A DNA stretch of 64,000 bases from Parasphingorhabdus sp. GTDB taxonomy: Bacteria > Pseudomonadota > Alphaproteobacteria > Sphingomonadales > Sphingomonadaceae. The DNA lies in assembly GCF_039982395.1 (NCBI RefSeq), contig NZ_JBDWYO010000001.1:928698-992697 (forward strand), written 5' to 3'. The stretch's first letter is position 1. Each line of letters begins with the position of its first letter. Below, one piece after another: positions 1 to 9,309 of this stretch. The notes under the pieces were generated by a model. That model ran no database searches and was not told where the DNA came from. It saw only the letters and a list, made by a program, of their open reading frames with translations. The translations under genes and the position numbers were made by a program.

Positions 1-597
1 CCAGTCTGGTGGAAAAATTGTACCGTGATTGGCGAGCCAGAGAATGAGCGGGATGATACAGATAGCGACCGTAGAAATGATCGATCCCTCATATAGGCCA
101 CTATTATTGTCGACCAGCAACACCAGGACGCCATAGCCGCCACCGGACGCCAATGTCTTGATGCCGCCCGTTATGATCAATGTGCCGGCACACAGCACCA
201 TGAAAAGGGCCAATGCCTCCAGCCGCAATTTGGTTTTGAGAGTGAGGGGCAGGAATATCGCGAATATCAGGGCCTTCCAAACCCAGCCCCATTTTTCCAG
301 CGCCGCATCGGGGACTTCCGCCTGTATGGTGGTATACCCACAATAGGCCAGTAGAAGCAGCATCATCGCCTGCCGTATCGAGAACCGGCTGTCTTGTTTG
401 TTGTCCGCGAACATATAACCGAGGAAGGCAAGCGCGAAGACTATGAGCGACAATGGTACAGAATTGAGCATGAAATAGCTCAGCCGCTGCGGGGCGACTA
501 TGTCGATATAGGCATAGACCAGGGTGAACAGAAACGGTCGCTTGAAAGCGATAAACAGCAGCGCCACCAGATATCCAACGAAGACGAGATCACGCAT
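1..597 (-). CDS. O-antigen-ligase-like polytopic membrane protein (exosortase A-associated putative O-glycosylation ligase type). The N-terminal 199 codons are present and the 3-prime end runs off the left edge
   Basis: I translated the minus strand from the ATG at 597: MRDLVFVGYLVALLFIAFKRPFLFTLVYAYIDIVAPQRLSYF...LLVDNNSGLYEGSIISTVAICIIPLILWLANHG. This gives 199 codons with no stop. It is absent from the ORF track because it has no stop in the window. It has several hydrophobic segments. The family call is from memory of PEP-CTERM/exosortase A EPS loci. Confidence 0.6.
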   Translation of the reverse strand, partial: MRDLVFVGYLVALLFIAFKRPFLFTLVYAYIDIVAPQRLSYFMLNSVPLSLIVFALAFLGYMFADNKQDSRFSIRQAMMLLLLAYCGYTTIQAEVPDAALEKWGWVWKALIFAIFLPLTLKTKLRLEALALFMVLCAGTLIITGGIKTLASGGGYGVLVLLVDNNSGLYEGSIISTVAICIIPLILWLANHGTIFPPDW

Positions 598-757
598 CGT
601 GCTGTGACCCGCTGTTGGAAGGCCGATTCAAAAAGCCGCTGGGTTCTTTGTCCTGTTCCGGGGGATCTTCGAGATCGAGATCGTCGCGATGAATCAGACG
701 CCAAGCCGCGATCAGCAGCAAGCCATGCGTCAACGCGATAGAAAAATTGTCAATCAT
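590..757 (-). CDS. small hypothetical membrane protein (55 aa) translationally coupled to the ligase-like gene
   Basis: My translation is MIDNFSIALTHGLLLIAAWRLIHRDDLDLEDPPEQDKEPSGFLNRPSNSGSQHDA. Its stop overlaps the downstream ATG (ATGCGTGA at 590-597). It is below the ORF-track length cutoff. It has one hydrophobic helix and no recognised family. Confidence 0.35.
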   Translation of the reverse strand: MIDNFSIALTHGLLLIAAWRLIHRDDLDLEDPPEQDKEPSGFLNRPSNSGSQHDA

Positions 758-848
758 CTACCCAATTCATCCCGGCACGAGCGGCGAACACACGCTCTTC
801 TAATATCGGGCGATACAGGCATTGGGTTGACGGGACGTTAATCCTTTT

Positions 849-2099
849 TTGGCAATGCTTCAAACCATGACCCGGATATTGCACATCTTAGATCACAGCC
901 TGCCGCTCCACAGCGGCTATTGTTTTCGCACAAGGGCGATCATGACGGCGCAAATTGCCAGCGGTTTGACCGTGGCAGGTGTGACCGGAGTGCGCCAGAA
1001 CCAGCATGGTTATGTCGCAACGCAACCCTATGAGGACATCGATAACCTGCGTTTCTTCCGCACTATGGCCCAAGTACAAGGGCCTTCGCCGGTGCGCGAA
1101 TGGCGAGAAGTTGCGGTTCTGGAGGAACGGATCGAACAAGTCATTCGTGACTGGCAGCCGGATGTTCTGCATGCTCACTCGCCTGCGCTCAATGGATTGG
1201 CGGCGTTGCGCGTTGCCCAGAAGACAGGATTACCGCTGGTCTACGAAATTCGGGCCTTTTGGGAAGATGCTGCTGTTGGCAACGGCACCGGCAAAGAAAA
1301 TAGCCCGCGTTACTGGTTGACGCGACAGTTGGAGAACCATGTCGTTAGCGGCGCCGATGCGGTCGCGGTGATTTGCGAAGGTCTCCGATCTGATTTGATG
1401 GGCCGCGGCGTGAAGTCTGAAAAAATTACAATCTCGCCCAATGGCGTTGACCTGGATCTGTTCGGGGAACCGCCGGCCCGCGACGCCATATTTCTCGAAG
1501 AGCTGGGCTTGGCTGGAAAATCGGTCTTGGGCTTCATCGGCAGCTTCTATGACTATGAAGGGCTGGACGATCTAATCGCAGCTCTGCCATGTCTTCAATC
1601 ATCCCATCCGGACGTGCATTTGTTGCTCGTTGGCGGTGGACCGAAAGAAGATGCGTTGAAGGCGCAGGTTGCTAGCTTGGGATTGGGAGACGCGGTGACC
1701 TTTACCGGGCGTGTGCCCCATGCGGAGGTGGAGCGCTACTATGGGTTGATGGATATCATGGTCTATCCCCGCAAGGCGATGCGTCTTACCGATCTCGTGA
1801 CCCCACTAAAACCTCTGGAAGCCATGGCGCAGGGCCGTTTGGTGGCAGCGTCGGATGTTGGCGGGCACCGGGAGCTGATAAAGGACGGCGTAACCGGCAC
1901 TTTATTCCCGGCTGGTGACCCAGAAAAAATTGCTGAAAAGCTGACCGGTTTGTTGAATAACAGCGGTTCATGGCCTCAAACCATTGAAACTGCGAAGAAA
2001 TTTGTTGAGGCTGATCGTAACTGGTCGTCAAACATTTTGCGTTACACTCCGGTTTACCAAAGGCTGATTGCACGCAAACCATTTGAGCGCGCGGCCTAA
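849..2099 (+). CDS. GT4-family glycosyltransferase of the type associated with exosortase A / PEP-CTERM exopolysaccharide loci
   Basis: ORF track, 416 aa. The N-terminus MTRILHILDHSLPLHSGY and the C-terminal EAMAQGRLVAASDVGGHRELI are typical of GT1/GT4 enzymes. The start is ambiguous (TTG 849, ATG 855 or ATG 867). Confidence 0.85.
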   Translation: MAMLQTMTRILHILDHSLPLHSGYCFRTRAIMTAQIASGLTVAGVTGVRQNQHGYVATQPYEDIDNLRFFRTMAQVQGPSPVREWREVAVLEERIEQVIRDWQPDVLHAHSPALNGLAALRVAQKTGLPLVYEIRAFWEDAAVGNGTGKENSPRYWLTRQLENHVVSGADAVAVICEGLRSDLMGRGVKSEKITISPNGVDLDLFGEPPARDAIFLEELGLAGKSVLGFIGSFYDYEGLDDLIAALPCLQSSHPDVHLLLVGGGPKEDALKAQVASLGLGDAVTFTGRVPHAEVERYYGLMDIMVYPRKAMRLTDLVTPLKPLEAMAQGRLVAASDVGGHRELIKDGVTGTLFPAGDPEKIAEKLTGLLNNSGSWPQTIETAKKFVEADRNWSSNILRYTPVYQRLIARKPFERAA

Positions 2100-2136
2100 G
2101 CTGGTGGAGATTGATGTGGACCCGACAGAGCAGGAT

Positions 2137-3129
2137 ATGGATCGGTTTAAAAAACCCGCGATAGCCATCGCGGGAGGCATTGCGGCATCGCTCGTGATCG
2201 CCACCTTGCCCCATGTCTATCTTGAAAATGTTGTCGGTGCGACCGGCCTATCCGAGCTTGTGTCAGCGGCGGCACCGCCGTTGGGGAATACAGCGCGTGG
2301 CCTGATCGCTGTGGTCGCCGGTCTAATCTCTGCTTCTACGCTTTACATATTCTTGAATCATAAACTGAAATTTCTTGGAGGAGGCTCCGATATGAGCTTG
2401 GCAATTCGCAAAAATTTGACACCAGAACCGATAGAGCCTGAGCGCGAAAGCAAATTGCGCTTTGCTGTTCCAAAGTTGAATCTTTCGGCAAAATCGCTGA
2501 CCAAATTCCTCAAAAAACCAAAAAAATCTGCGGGCGAAGTGACCGAGCTGAAGGATTTGCCGGAGGTCAGGCCTGCCGATAGTCATCCAGATGCGCCAGC
2601 CCGCCAGCCGATATTTGCGGCTTCGGACTTGGGGACGCCGCTTGATGGAAAAATTCAGCAATTCGATCAACCGGAAGCAGAGCCGGAAATGGCCGAAGCG
2701 GTTGAACGCCCGGAGCCTACGATTGCACAGCCAGCCCCGTTTGTGGGCGAGAAGGTTTTTGCTGCGTCGCCCGAAGCAGATGTTGCGCCGGCGGCCGTTC
2801 AGGCTCCCATTTCGACGGAACAAGCCGATTTGTCGACCTTGTCACTCGCGGAATTGACCGATCGCCTAGAAACGGGCCTCAAGCGTTTGGAAGCATTGGA
2901 AATGCTGAAACGGAACGTGGAACCCCAAGTGACGCAGCAAGCTGCGCCGATCGTCGAAGAGCCCGCTCCGCAAGCGGAAGTGCCCGAAATGGCCGCTCCT
3001 GTTGCCATGCCACCGCTGCGGTCTGTTGCTTCCGTGGAAGCGGATGTCCAAGACAATCGGCAAGCGGATATGGATGCTGCCTTGAAGGCGGCTCTCGGCA
3101 CTTTGGAGCGTATGACAGCCCATCGTTGA
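2137..3129 (+). CDS. hypothetical membrane-anchored protein with a long acidic Pro/Ala/Glu-rich tail
   Basis: ORF track frame 2068-3129. I preferred the ATG at 2137 (MDRFKKPAIAIAGG) because 2068 overlaps the previous gene. It has two N-terminal hydrophobic segments followed by a low-complexity region. No family recognised. Confidence 0.5.
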   Translation: MDRFKKPAIAIAGGIAASLVIATLPHVYLENVVGATGLSELVSAAAPPLGNTARGLIAVVAGLISASTLYIFLNHKLKFLGGGSDMSLAIRKNLTPEPIEPERESKLRFAVPKLNLSAKSLTKFLKKPKKSAGEVTELKDLPEVRPADSHPDAPARQPIFAASDLGTPLDGKIQQFDQPEAEPEMAEAVERPEPTIAQPAPFVGEKVFAASPEADVAPAAVQAPISTEQADLSTLSLAELTDRLETGLKRLEALEMLKRNVEPQVTQQAAPIVEEPAPQAEVPEMAAPVAMPPLRSVASVEADVQDNRQADMDAALKAALGTLERMTAHR

Positions 3130-3142
3130 TCCACTATTGGGC

Positions 3143-3472
3143 TCAGCGGTTATCGACGGGATCGATGATCGATAAAGCTTCGATCAGCATATGATCTTCT
3201 GATTGTTCGGTGGCTATAATATCCGCGACAAAATAGCCGGGTATTGCGAATTCGGTGTTTAGCAAAGCTGTGGCAAAATTCCGAAGGACACCCAATTGCG
3301 GGATCTCGGGCCAATCCACCGCATAGCTATAGCGTATTCCAGTGAAGGTGATGCTTGCCCAGGCGCGCTCACGGACCAGGCTGACCTTGGCCAAGTCCCC
3401 CGTCAGAGCGCCTATCTGAGTGGCCAGAATCATGCTCGGTGCTTGTGGGCGTCGCGCTGGATCAGCGGGCAT
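3143..3472 (-). CDS. hypothetical cytoplasmic protein, second gene of the leftward arm of the repressor switch
   Basis: ORF track, 109 aa. The start may instead be the internal ATG at 3433 (MILATQIGALTGD). Codon usage looks coding. No recognised domain. Confidence 0.45.
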   Translation of the reverse strand: MPADPARRPQAPSMILATQIGALTGDLAKVSLVRERAWASITFTGIRYSYAVDWPEIPQLGVLRNFATALLNTEFAIPGYFVADIIATEQSEDHMLIEALSIIDPVDNR

Positions 3473-3650
3473 GGTCTGCGCGCCATATGCTCATAAAATG
3501 CTCTGCTCTTTCAGATACCGGCTTACCGGGCTGGCGTCCGTTGCGCAGATCTTCAACAAAGCGAGGGTCGCTGACGGAGAGCCGACCGAACTTTGTCCAT
3601 GGCATTTGGGTTTCGTTCAGAAATATTTCGATTTTTCGTAACAGTGGCAC
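3462..3650 (-). CDS. small conserved protein (Cro-position gene) divergent from the S24 repressor
   Basis: ORF track, 62 aa. GTG start at 3650 with an AAGGAAA Shine-Dalgarno about 8 nt upstream. The core MPWTKFGRLSVSDPRFVEDLRNGRQPG resembles small proteins I recall next to cI-like repressors in alphaproteobacteria. An alternative ATG start lies at 3605. Confidence 0.5.
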   Translation of the reverse strand: MPLLRKIEIFLNETQMPWTKFGRLSVSDPRFVEDLRNGRQPGKPVSERAEHFMSIWRADHAR

Positions 3651-3699
3651 AAGCAGTTTCCTTCTCGCTGTTGGTCGTCTCTTGCGACGACTCGTTAAA

Positions 3700-3752
3700 T
3701 AGGGAAATTCCTATTTGAATAGTGATTTCCTACATGTCTAGGAAAAATCCTA
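3700..3752. promoter_or_regulatory. three operator-like sites in the divergent intergenic region (TAGGGAAATTCCTA 3700-3713, TAGTGATTTCCTA 3720-3732, TAGGAAAAATCCTA 3739-3752)
   Basis: Read directly from the sequence. The TCCTA half-site recurs at 3709, 3728 and 3748 (spacing 19-20 bp). Two copies are embedded in TAGGR-N4-TCCTA palindromes. TATAAT at 3776-3781 lies 9 nt before the ATG at 3791. Confidence 0.4.
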
Positions 3753-3790
3753 TTGCCAATTTCGGACAGCAGAGCTATAATTGCGCCACT

Positions 3791-4444
3791 ATGACCGAAG
3801 ACCCCCGCCACGCCTTGGAGGAATTGATCCGCAGCAACGGACATGATTTTGCTGCAATATCGAAAATGCTCGGTAAAAATTCAGCCTATATCCAGCAATA
3901 TATTCGTCGTGGTTCTCCCAAAAAGCTGGACGAGGAAGACCGGCGCAAACTGGCAGAATTTTATGATGTGGACGAGCGCTTATTGGGCGCTCCTGCAGTG
4001 CACGAAACGCTTGGATCAAGGCGGATAACTTCCGGTCAGTTGCTGCAAATCAAACAATTGCGGGTCGGTGCTTCGGCTGGCCCAGGATCATTGTCCGAAG
4101 ATGAACAGGCCGAAGCCATGGGGTTTGGACCAAAGTGGCTCAAGCGACTGGGCGCAAACCCCGATAATCTATCACTGATTGTCGTTGATGGTGATTCGAT
4201 GGAGCCGTCGCTCGGAGATGGTGACGACATCATGGTTGACCACAGCGCCGCCTCGCGGCCGTTGCGCGATGGAATATATGTGCTGCGGATGGACGATGTC
4301 CTGCTGGTTAAGCGCATCGCTATGGGCCCCTCTGGAAAATTTTCGGTCCGCAGTGACAATCCGCGATATCCTGACTGGGAAGATGTCGGTGCGGACAGCG
4401 TGAATATCATCGGCAGGGTTGTCTGGACTGGGCGCCGGTTGTGA
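3791..4444 (+). CDS. phage cI/LexA-like repressor: N-terminal HTH plus C-terminal S24 self-cleaving peptidase domain
   Basis: ORF track frame 3722-4444. The C-terminal motif is VVDGDSMEPSLGDGDDIMVD...YVLRMDDVLLVKRI (Ser and Lys of the S24 dyad). I chose the ATG at 3791 (MTEDPRHALEELI) because the upstream extension overlaps the operator-like sites. Confidence 0.8.
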   Translation: MTEDPRHALEELIRSNGHDFAAISKMLGKNSAYIQQYIRRGSPKKLDEEDRRKLAEFYDVDERLLGAPAVHETLGSRRITSGQLLQIKQLRVGASAGPGSLSEDEQAEAMGFGPKWLKRLGANPDNLSLIVVDGDSMEPSLGDGDDIMVDHSAASRPLRDGIYVLRMDDVLLVKRIAMGPSGKFSVRSDNPRYPDWEDVGADSVNIIGRVVWTGRRL

Positions 4445-4500
4445 CCGGCTAATCAATAGGCGGCTTGCAACTTCGGGATGTTGTCGCCAAATAGTCCATC

Positions 4501-5163
4501 ATGACAGAAGCACCTCTTAAGGCCGTGATTATTCCGGTCACTCCGCTCCAGCAAAATTGCACATTATTGTGGTGTACGAAAACCAACAAGGCCGCGCTTA
4601 GTGATCCTGGTGGCGATTTGTCGCGGCTTAAAGCCGCGGTCGAAGAACATGGTGTTGAGCTGGAGAAGATCATCATCACCCACGGCCATCTTGATCATTG
4701 TGGTCAGGCGGGCATGCTGGCCGAGGAATTGGGTCTCCCTATAGAAGGGCCGCACAAGGACGATCTGTTCTGGATTGATCAACTGGATAGCGATGGTGCG
4801 CGCTATGGGATGGAAGCAAAAAGCTTTGTTCCGGATCGATGGTTGGTAGATGGCGATCAAGTGACCGTCGGCGATCTAGTTCTCGATGTGATCCATTGCC
4901 CAGGCCACACGCCGGGGCATGTGATTTTCTATCATCAGCCTTCAAAACTAGCGGTCGTAGGCGACGTCATTTTTCAAGGCTCTATCGGGCGCACCGACTT
5001 CCCGCGCGGGAATCATCAGGATCTGATTGATGCCATCACCCAGAAGCTATGGCCGCTGGGTGATGACGTGACATTCATTCCGGGTCATGGCCCGACCAGC
5101 CAATTTGGCTATGAGCGTAAGACGAACGCATTTGTCGCCGATGATGTTTTGGCCGCGCGCTGA
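4501..5163 (+). CDS. MBL-fold metallo-hydrolase (glyoxalase II-like)
   Basis: ORF track, 220 aa. It has the THGHLDHCG metal-binding motif and a later CPGHTPGH motif. Confidence 0.85.
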   Translation: MTEAPLKAVIIPVTPLQQNCTLLWCTKTNKAALSDPGGDLSRLKAAVEEHGVELEKIIITHGHLDHCGQAGMLAEELGLPIEGPHKDDLFWIDQLDSDGARYGMEAKSFVPDRWLVDGDQVTVGDLVLDVIHCPGHTPGHVIFYHQPSKLAVVGDVIFQGSIGRTDFPRGNHQDLIDAITQKLWPLGDDVTFIPGHGPTSQFGYERKTNAFVADDVLAAR

Positions 5164-5169
5164 GCCTAT

Positions 5170-5559
5170 TCAGCTCATGTAGGGAATCGTGATCGCGTAG
5201 ATCGCAAGGCCTAGAAGCGTGAGCATTGTAACCAGGGTCCCAATCATGCGACCTTGGCCAAATGCTCCGTCGTCCATTCCTATGCCATGCGCAACGCGCC
5301 CTAGCAGAAACAAGCCGCCTACGATCCACAACCAGGTTGCAGAGCCGCTCGCCAGCTCGATGGCTGCAACCAGAAGCAATACAAATGGAGCGCTTTCGAT
5401 ATAGTTGCTATGGGCCCGCATACGGCGGATAACCTTGTCATTACCGCCATCACCGACACTGACTTTCTCACTGGTGCGCACCTGTCCGACGCGGATCATC
5501 AGCCATATATTGATCAACGCCGCAGCGCCCGCAATGGTCAGTGTAATCGGTAATATCAT
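5170..5559 (-). CDS. MAPEG family membrane protein
   Basis: ORF track, 129 aa. It has four hydrophobic segments, and the RAHSNYIESAPFVLL motif is typical of MAPEG. Confidence 0.75.
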   Translation of the reverse strand: MILPITLTIAGAAALINIWLMIRVGQVRTSEKVSVGDGGNDKVIRRMRAHSNYIESAPFVLLLVAAIELASGSATWLWIVGGLFLLGRVAHGIGMDDGAFGQGRMIGTLVTMLTLLGLAIYAITIPYMS

Positions 5560-5773
5560 GATGTTCCCCTAGATGTTATTCTTATGGGACTTCTATAGGA
5601 GTAGAATGCTTGCAACGCACGGGAAATTCGTTATACGCGCCCTTCGCGTGCAATTGGCTGACGATTGACCGAGCGATTCTCTGCAATATTTCAGAGCCAC
5701 GCTTGTTCGTCGATAATGTTTGGCTTGGTTGTGCGGACAGATGATATTTAAAATTTAAAGAACAGGCTTAGCA

Positions 5774-5953
5774 ATGGCTGTACCTAAACGAAAAACTACG
5801 CCGTCCAAGCGCGGAATGCGCCGGTCACATGATGCTTTGAAAGTCGAAGCCTATCAAGAATGCCCGAATTGCGGCGAATTGAAGCGCCCGCACCATATGT
5901 GCGGATCTTGCGGTCATTATAATGGCCGGGAAGTCTTGGCCACCGATCTTTAA
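5774..5953 (+). CDS. rpmF: 50S ribosomal protein L32
   Basis: My translation (59 aa, below the ORF-track cutoff) is [59 protein letters not shown]. This shows the classic L32 N-terminus and zinc-ribbon Cys pairs. It sits upstream of plsX-fabH, as in many bacteria. Confidence 0.92.
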   Translation: MAVPKRKTTPSKRGMRRSHDALKVEAYQECPNCGELKRPHHMCGSCGHYNGREVLATDL

Positions 5954-5999
5954 TCGGCTAGTCTCTCCGCTTCTGACGCGCAATCAAGGGGAATAACCG

Positions 6000-7049
6000 G
6001 TGGGAATGAGACCGCGAATCGCGATTGATGCGATGGGCGGGGACGATGGCCCGCGCGTCATGGTTGCAGGCGCCGCGCTAGCGCGGCATCGTCATGCAGG
6101 CTTTCAATTTCTTTTTGTCGGCGATGAAACGCAGATTCGGGAAGCGCTCCAAAGTCACCCCGGTCTCAGCGCAGCATCTGATATTTTGCATGCAGAGAAA
6201 GTTGTTTCCGGCGACGATAAGCCGGGACAAGCGCTTCGCAGTTCCAAATCTACATCGATGGGAATGGCCGTCAACGCGGTTAAAACCGGCGAGGTCAGCG
6301 CTGCGGTAAGCGCTGGCAATACGGGTGCCCTGATGGCCATAGCCAAACTGGCTTTGCGCACGATGCCGGGTATCGATCGCCCGGCTTTGTCGGCGCTGCT
6401 TCCGACGATGAAAGATACCGATGTGGTGATGTTGGATCTCGGCGCGAATACCGAATGTAATAGCCGAAACTTGGTACAATTCGCTGTCATGGGTGCTGCT
6501 TACAGTCGCATCATGCACGGATTTGATCGCCCAAAAGTGAAGCTGCTGAATATCGGGACCGAAGCAGCAAAGGGGACCGGTACAATTCAGGAAGCTGCTG
6601 CGACTCTAAGAGGGGCCGCGGAACTGCACATGAATTTTCAGGGCTTTACTGAGGCGGACAAGATATCAACCGGAGAGGTTGATGTGATTGTAACCGATGG
6701 TTTTTCCGGCAATGTGGCGCTCAAAGCGCTGGAGGGAACGGCTCGCTTTGTTACCGATCTCCTCAAACAAAGTTTTTTGAGCAGCCTCCGCTCCAAAATT
6801 GGATTTTTGATTTCCCGGCCGGCTACGGAATTGTTGCGAGATCATCTTGATCCGAACAATCACAATGGTGCGGTGTTTCTTGGCTTGAATGGTGTCGTGG
6901 TAAAAAGTCACGGGAGCGCGGACGCAAAAGGCGTGGCCAATGCTGTTGAAGTTGCTGCCCGACTGGTAGAAGATAGCATTCTTGGAAGAATCAGTGAAGA
7001 TTTGACGAAAATCAGCCAACCTAATCCTGCTCCAGAGGTGTCCAAATGA
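6000..7049 (+). CDS. plsX: phosphate acyltransferase PlsX
   Basis: ORF track, 349 aa, with the [13 protein letters not shown] motif. GTG start at 6000 with AAGGGGA upstream. There is an alternative ATG at 6006. Confidence 0.9.
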   Translation: MGMRPRIAIDAMGGDDGPRVMVAGAALARHRHAGFQFLFVGDETQIREALQSHPGLSAASDILHAEKVVSGDDKPGQALRSSKSTSMGMAVNAVKTGEVSAAVSAGNTGALMAIAKLALRTMPGIDRPALSALLPTMKDTDVVMLDLGANTECNSRNLVQFAVMGAAYSRIMHGFDRPKVKLLNIGTEAAKGTGTIQEAAATLRGAAELHMNFQGFTEADKISTGEVDVIVTDGFSGNVALKALEGTARFVTDLLKQSFLSSLRSKIGFLISRPATELLRDHLDPNNHNGAVFLGLNGVVVKSHGSADAKGVANAVEVAARLVEDSILGRISEDLTKISQPNPAPEVSK

Positions 7050-8017
7050 ACGCTGCTGCAACCCGACGTTCGGTTATAAAGGGCACTGGTTCGGCACTGC
7101 CACGGACGCGGGTATCCAATGCCGAGCTCGCTAAGCGCGTGGATACAACGGATGAATGGATCGTCGAGCGCACCGGTATCCGATTCCGCCATATTGCCGA
7201 AGATGATGAAACAACATCCAGCTTGGCCACCGAAGCGGCTGAGAAAGCCATGCAAGCCGCTGGCTTCAGCAGTTCCGATATTGATCTCATCATTGTTGCC
7301 ACTGCGACGCCTGATCAGACGTTCCCGGCAACGGCAACGATCGTTCAGCATGCATTGGGTTGCAATGGCGGCGTCGCTTTTGATGTGGCTGCGGTGTGTT
7401 CAGGCTTTCTATACGCGCTGTCTGTAGCGGATAGCATGATTCGAGTTGGCAGTGCGCAAAATGCATTGGTCATCGGCGCCGAGACGTTCAGCCGCATTCT
7501 AGACTGGGAGGATCGCGGGACGTGCGTGCTTTTCGGCGATGGAGCCGGTGCAATCGTTCTGTCCGCCGAACATGGTGAAGCCGGTGTTCTGGGAACGCGG
7601 TTACACGCAGATGGTGCCCATAATCAGCTGCTATATGTTGACGGCGGTGCCGGTACGACCGGAACTGTAGGCAAGCTGCGCATGAAAGGCCGTGAGGTGT
7701 TCCGTCATGCCGTTGTCAATCTGGCATCGGTTCTAAAAGAAGTCTTGGAAGAAGCCGGTGAATCGATCGACAATGTCGACTGGGTGGTTCCTCATCAGGC
7801 CAATGCGCGCATATTGGATGCCACTGCGAAAAAGCTCCACTTGTCTCCAGAAAAAGTGATCAAGACCGTTGATTTGCATGCCAATACCTCTGCGGCATCG
7901 GTTCCATTGGCATTGGATACCGCTGTACGGGATGGTCGAATCAAGGCCGGCGATCTGCTTGTCTTGGAAGCTATGGGTGGCGGTTTTACCTGGGGCGCAT
8001 CGGTCATCCGGTACTAA
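7046..8017 (+). CDS. fabH: beta-ketoacyl-ACP synthase III
   Basis: ORF track, 323 aa. Motifs present: AAVCSGF active-site Cys, [19 protein letters not shown] overlap with the plsX stop. Confidence 0.9.
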   Translation: MNAAATRRSVIKGTGSALPRTRVSNAELAKRVDTTDEWIVERTGIRFRHIAEDDETTSSLATEAAEKAMQAAGFSSSDIDLIIVATATPDQTFPATATIVQHALGCNGGVAFDVAAVCSGFLYALSVADSMIRVGSAQNALVIGAETFSRILDWEDRGTCVLFGDGAGAIVLSAEHGEAGVLGTRLHADGAHNQLLYVDGGAGTTGTVGKLRMKGREVFRHAVVNLASVLKEVLEEAGESIDNVDWVVPHQANARILDATAKKLHLSPEKVIKTVDLHANTSAASVPLALDTAVRDGRIKAGDLLVLEAMGGGFTWGASVIRY

Positions 8018-8129
8018 TTCAACCGTTCTGACGCACAGACAGGCCCTAAAATGTAGGCTTCGTCGCCGATTTTACAATTTGGTCGAAAGCTGGTTGAGAA
8101 AATCGCTTCTCGGCTCCTAGCTCTGCGGC

Positions 8130-9170
8130 ATGGATTATCCGCTATCCAAAAATTTGAAGATCTCGGCTCAGTTTTTATACCGAGCCTATCTCAGCTGTCA
8201 TGCACTGCAGGCGCGAAAGCCGCAATTGTTGAGCGCATTACAATGTTCCGAATCGGAACTGCGAGATCCCGGTTATCAATTGGGTGATCAATCGATAGCC
8301 AGCCTTTGCGCGGCAGCTAGAGAAGAGCTTAACCGCATGGATGTCTATTCTTTGATCGGCAAGAAAATGGTTCCGCGAGGCTTTTCTGACTCTGGCTTTG
8401 CCGCCTTTTTCCAAGCAAGCTTTGGCGAGGGACTCATCAAGCTTGTTGAAGAACAAAGGCTGGGCGGTGAGAGGCCCGTCGTGAAAATCATGTCTCTTTC
8501 CAGCGGTGATCGGCTGGTATGGGATCATGACAAAATGGTTTCCCCGGATCTGCTTCACATCGTCTTCGCGCTTGTTTATCATTGTGGTGAATTGCTTGCA
8601 GATGGCCGTTTTAAAACTGTTAAGGCAGCCCATTTCGAGCATCCGCGCCCTGAAGGCTTTAGGCAGCTCCCCGAAGGCAATGCGAACAGAGAGCCTATCC
8701 CCTGTTACTTCAACCGACCCTCGACTTATCTGGAATATCATCCTCGGGCCATCAACATGGCCTTGCCGCTGCACAATCCGGAAATCCTGACTGCGATGCG
8801 CAAGCAAAAGACCTTTTTTGCCAGAAGCAGATTCGAGCGGGCGAGCCCTGTTAAGCTGACTTATGAGTATCTGCTATATCTTCTCGACAAATCCGGCCTT
8901 AGCCTTGATTCTGCCGCGCTAACATTTGGCATTGCAGAGCGGACATTGCGGCGTAAGCTGGTCGCGGAAGGCATGTCCTATCGTCAGCTGTTGGAGCAGG
9001 TCCGACGAGACACCTGTCAGCTTTACTTTTTGGAGGGTAGGCGCAACCTATCCGAAATAGCCGCAAAACTCGGTTATAGCGAGTTAAGTGCATTCACCCG
9101 CGCCTATACGAGCTGGTACGGCCATCCCCCAAGTCAGGACACTGGATCGGCGGCAGCGCTAGCTGCCTGA
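8130..9170 (+). CDS. AraC family transcriptional regulator
   Basis: ORF track, 346 aa. The C-terminal AraC HTH reads IAAKLGYSELSAFTRAYTSWYGHPPS. Confidence 0.75.
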   Translation: MDYPLSKNLKISAQFLYRAYLSCHALQARKPQLLSALQCSESELRDPGYQLGDQSIASLCAAAREELNRMDVYSLIGKKMVPRGFSDSGFAAFFQASFGEGLIKLVEEQRLGGERPVVKIMSLSSGDRLVWDHDKMVSPDLLHIVFALVYHCGELLADGRFKTVKAAHFEHPRPEGFRQLPEGNANREPIPCYFNRPSTYLEYHPRAINMALPLHNPEILTAMRKQKTFFARSRFERASPVKLTYEYLLYLLDKSGLSLDSAALTFGIAERTLRRKLVAEGMSYRQLLEQVRRDTCQLYFLEGRRNLSEIAAKLGYSELSAFTRAYTSWYGHPPSQDTGSAAALAA

Positions 9171-9191
9171 ACAATATAATGTCTCTGAAAA

Positions 9192-9266
9192 TGGTGGGCG
9201 TAGAGAGAGTTGAACTCCCGACCCCTTCGATGTCAACGAAGTGCTCTACCACTGAGCTATACGCCC
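9192..9266 (-). tRNA. tRNA-Val(GAC): tRNA-Val, anticodon GAC
   Basis: The reverse complement reads GGGCGTATAGCTCAGTGGTAGAGCACTTCGTTGACATCGAAGGGGTCGGGAGTTCAACTCTCTCTACGCCCACCA. It has a 7-bp acceptor stem, D and T arms, anticodon loop TTGACAT and an encoded CCA. Confidence 0.88.
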
Positions 9267-9309
9267 ACGCTGGAGGCCGTCTAGCCAGCCGCTTCGGCTG
9301 GCGCAAGGC

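Noticed and set aside
104-741. Listed ORFs 104-343 (minus), 158-346 (plus), 394-741 (plus) and 498-704 (minus)
   Set aside because: They are superseded by the edge-truncated minus-strand ligase-like CDS (1-597) and the coupled 55-aa ORF (590-757). Those two give hydrophobic, membrane-protein-like translations in a different frame.
3646-3661. Sigma-54-like promoter TGGCACAAGCAGTTTC facing the S24 repressor gene
   Set aside because: The -24 GG element fits, but the -12 element reads TTTC rather than TTGC. The sequence also overlaps the start and Shine-Dalgarno region of the divergent 62-aa ORF, so it is likely coincidental.
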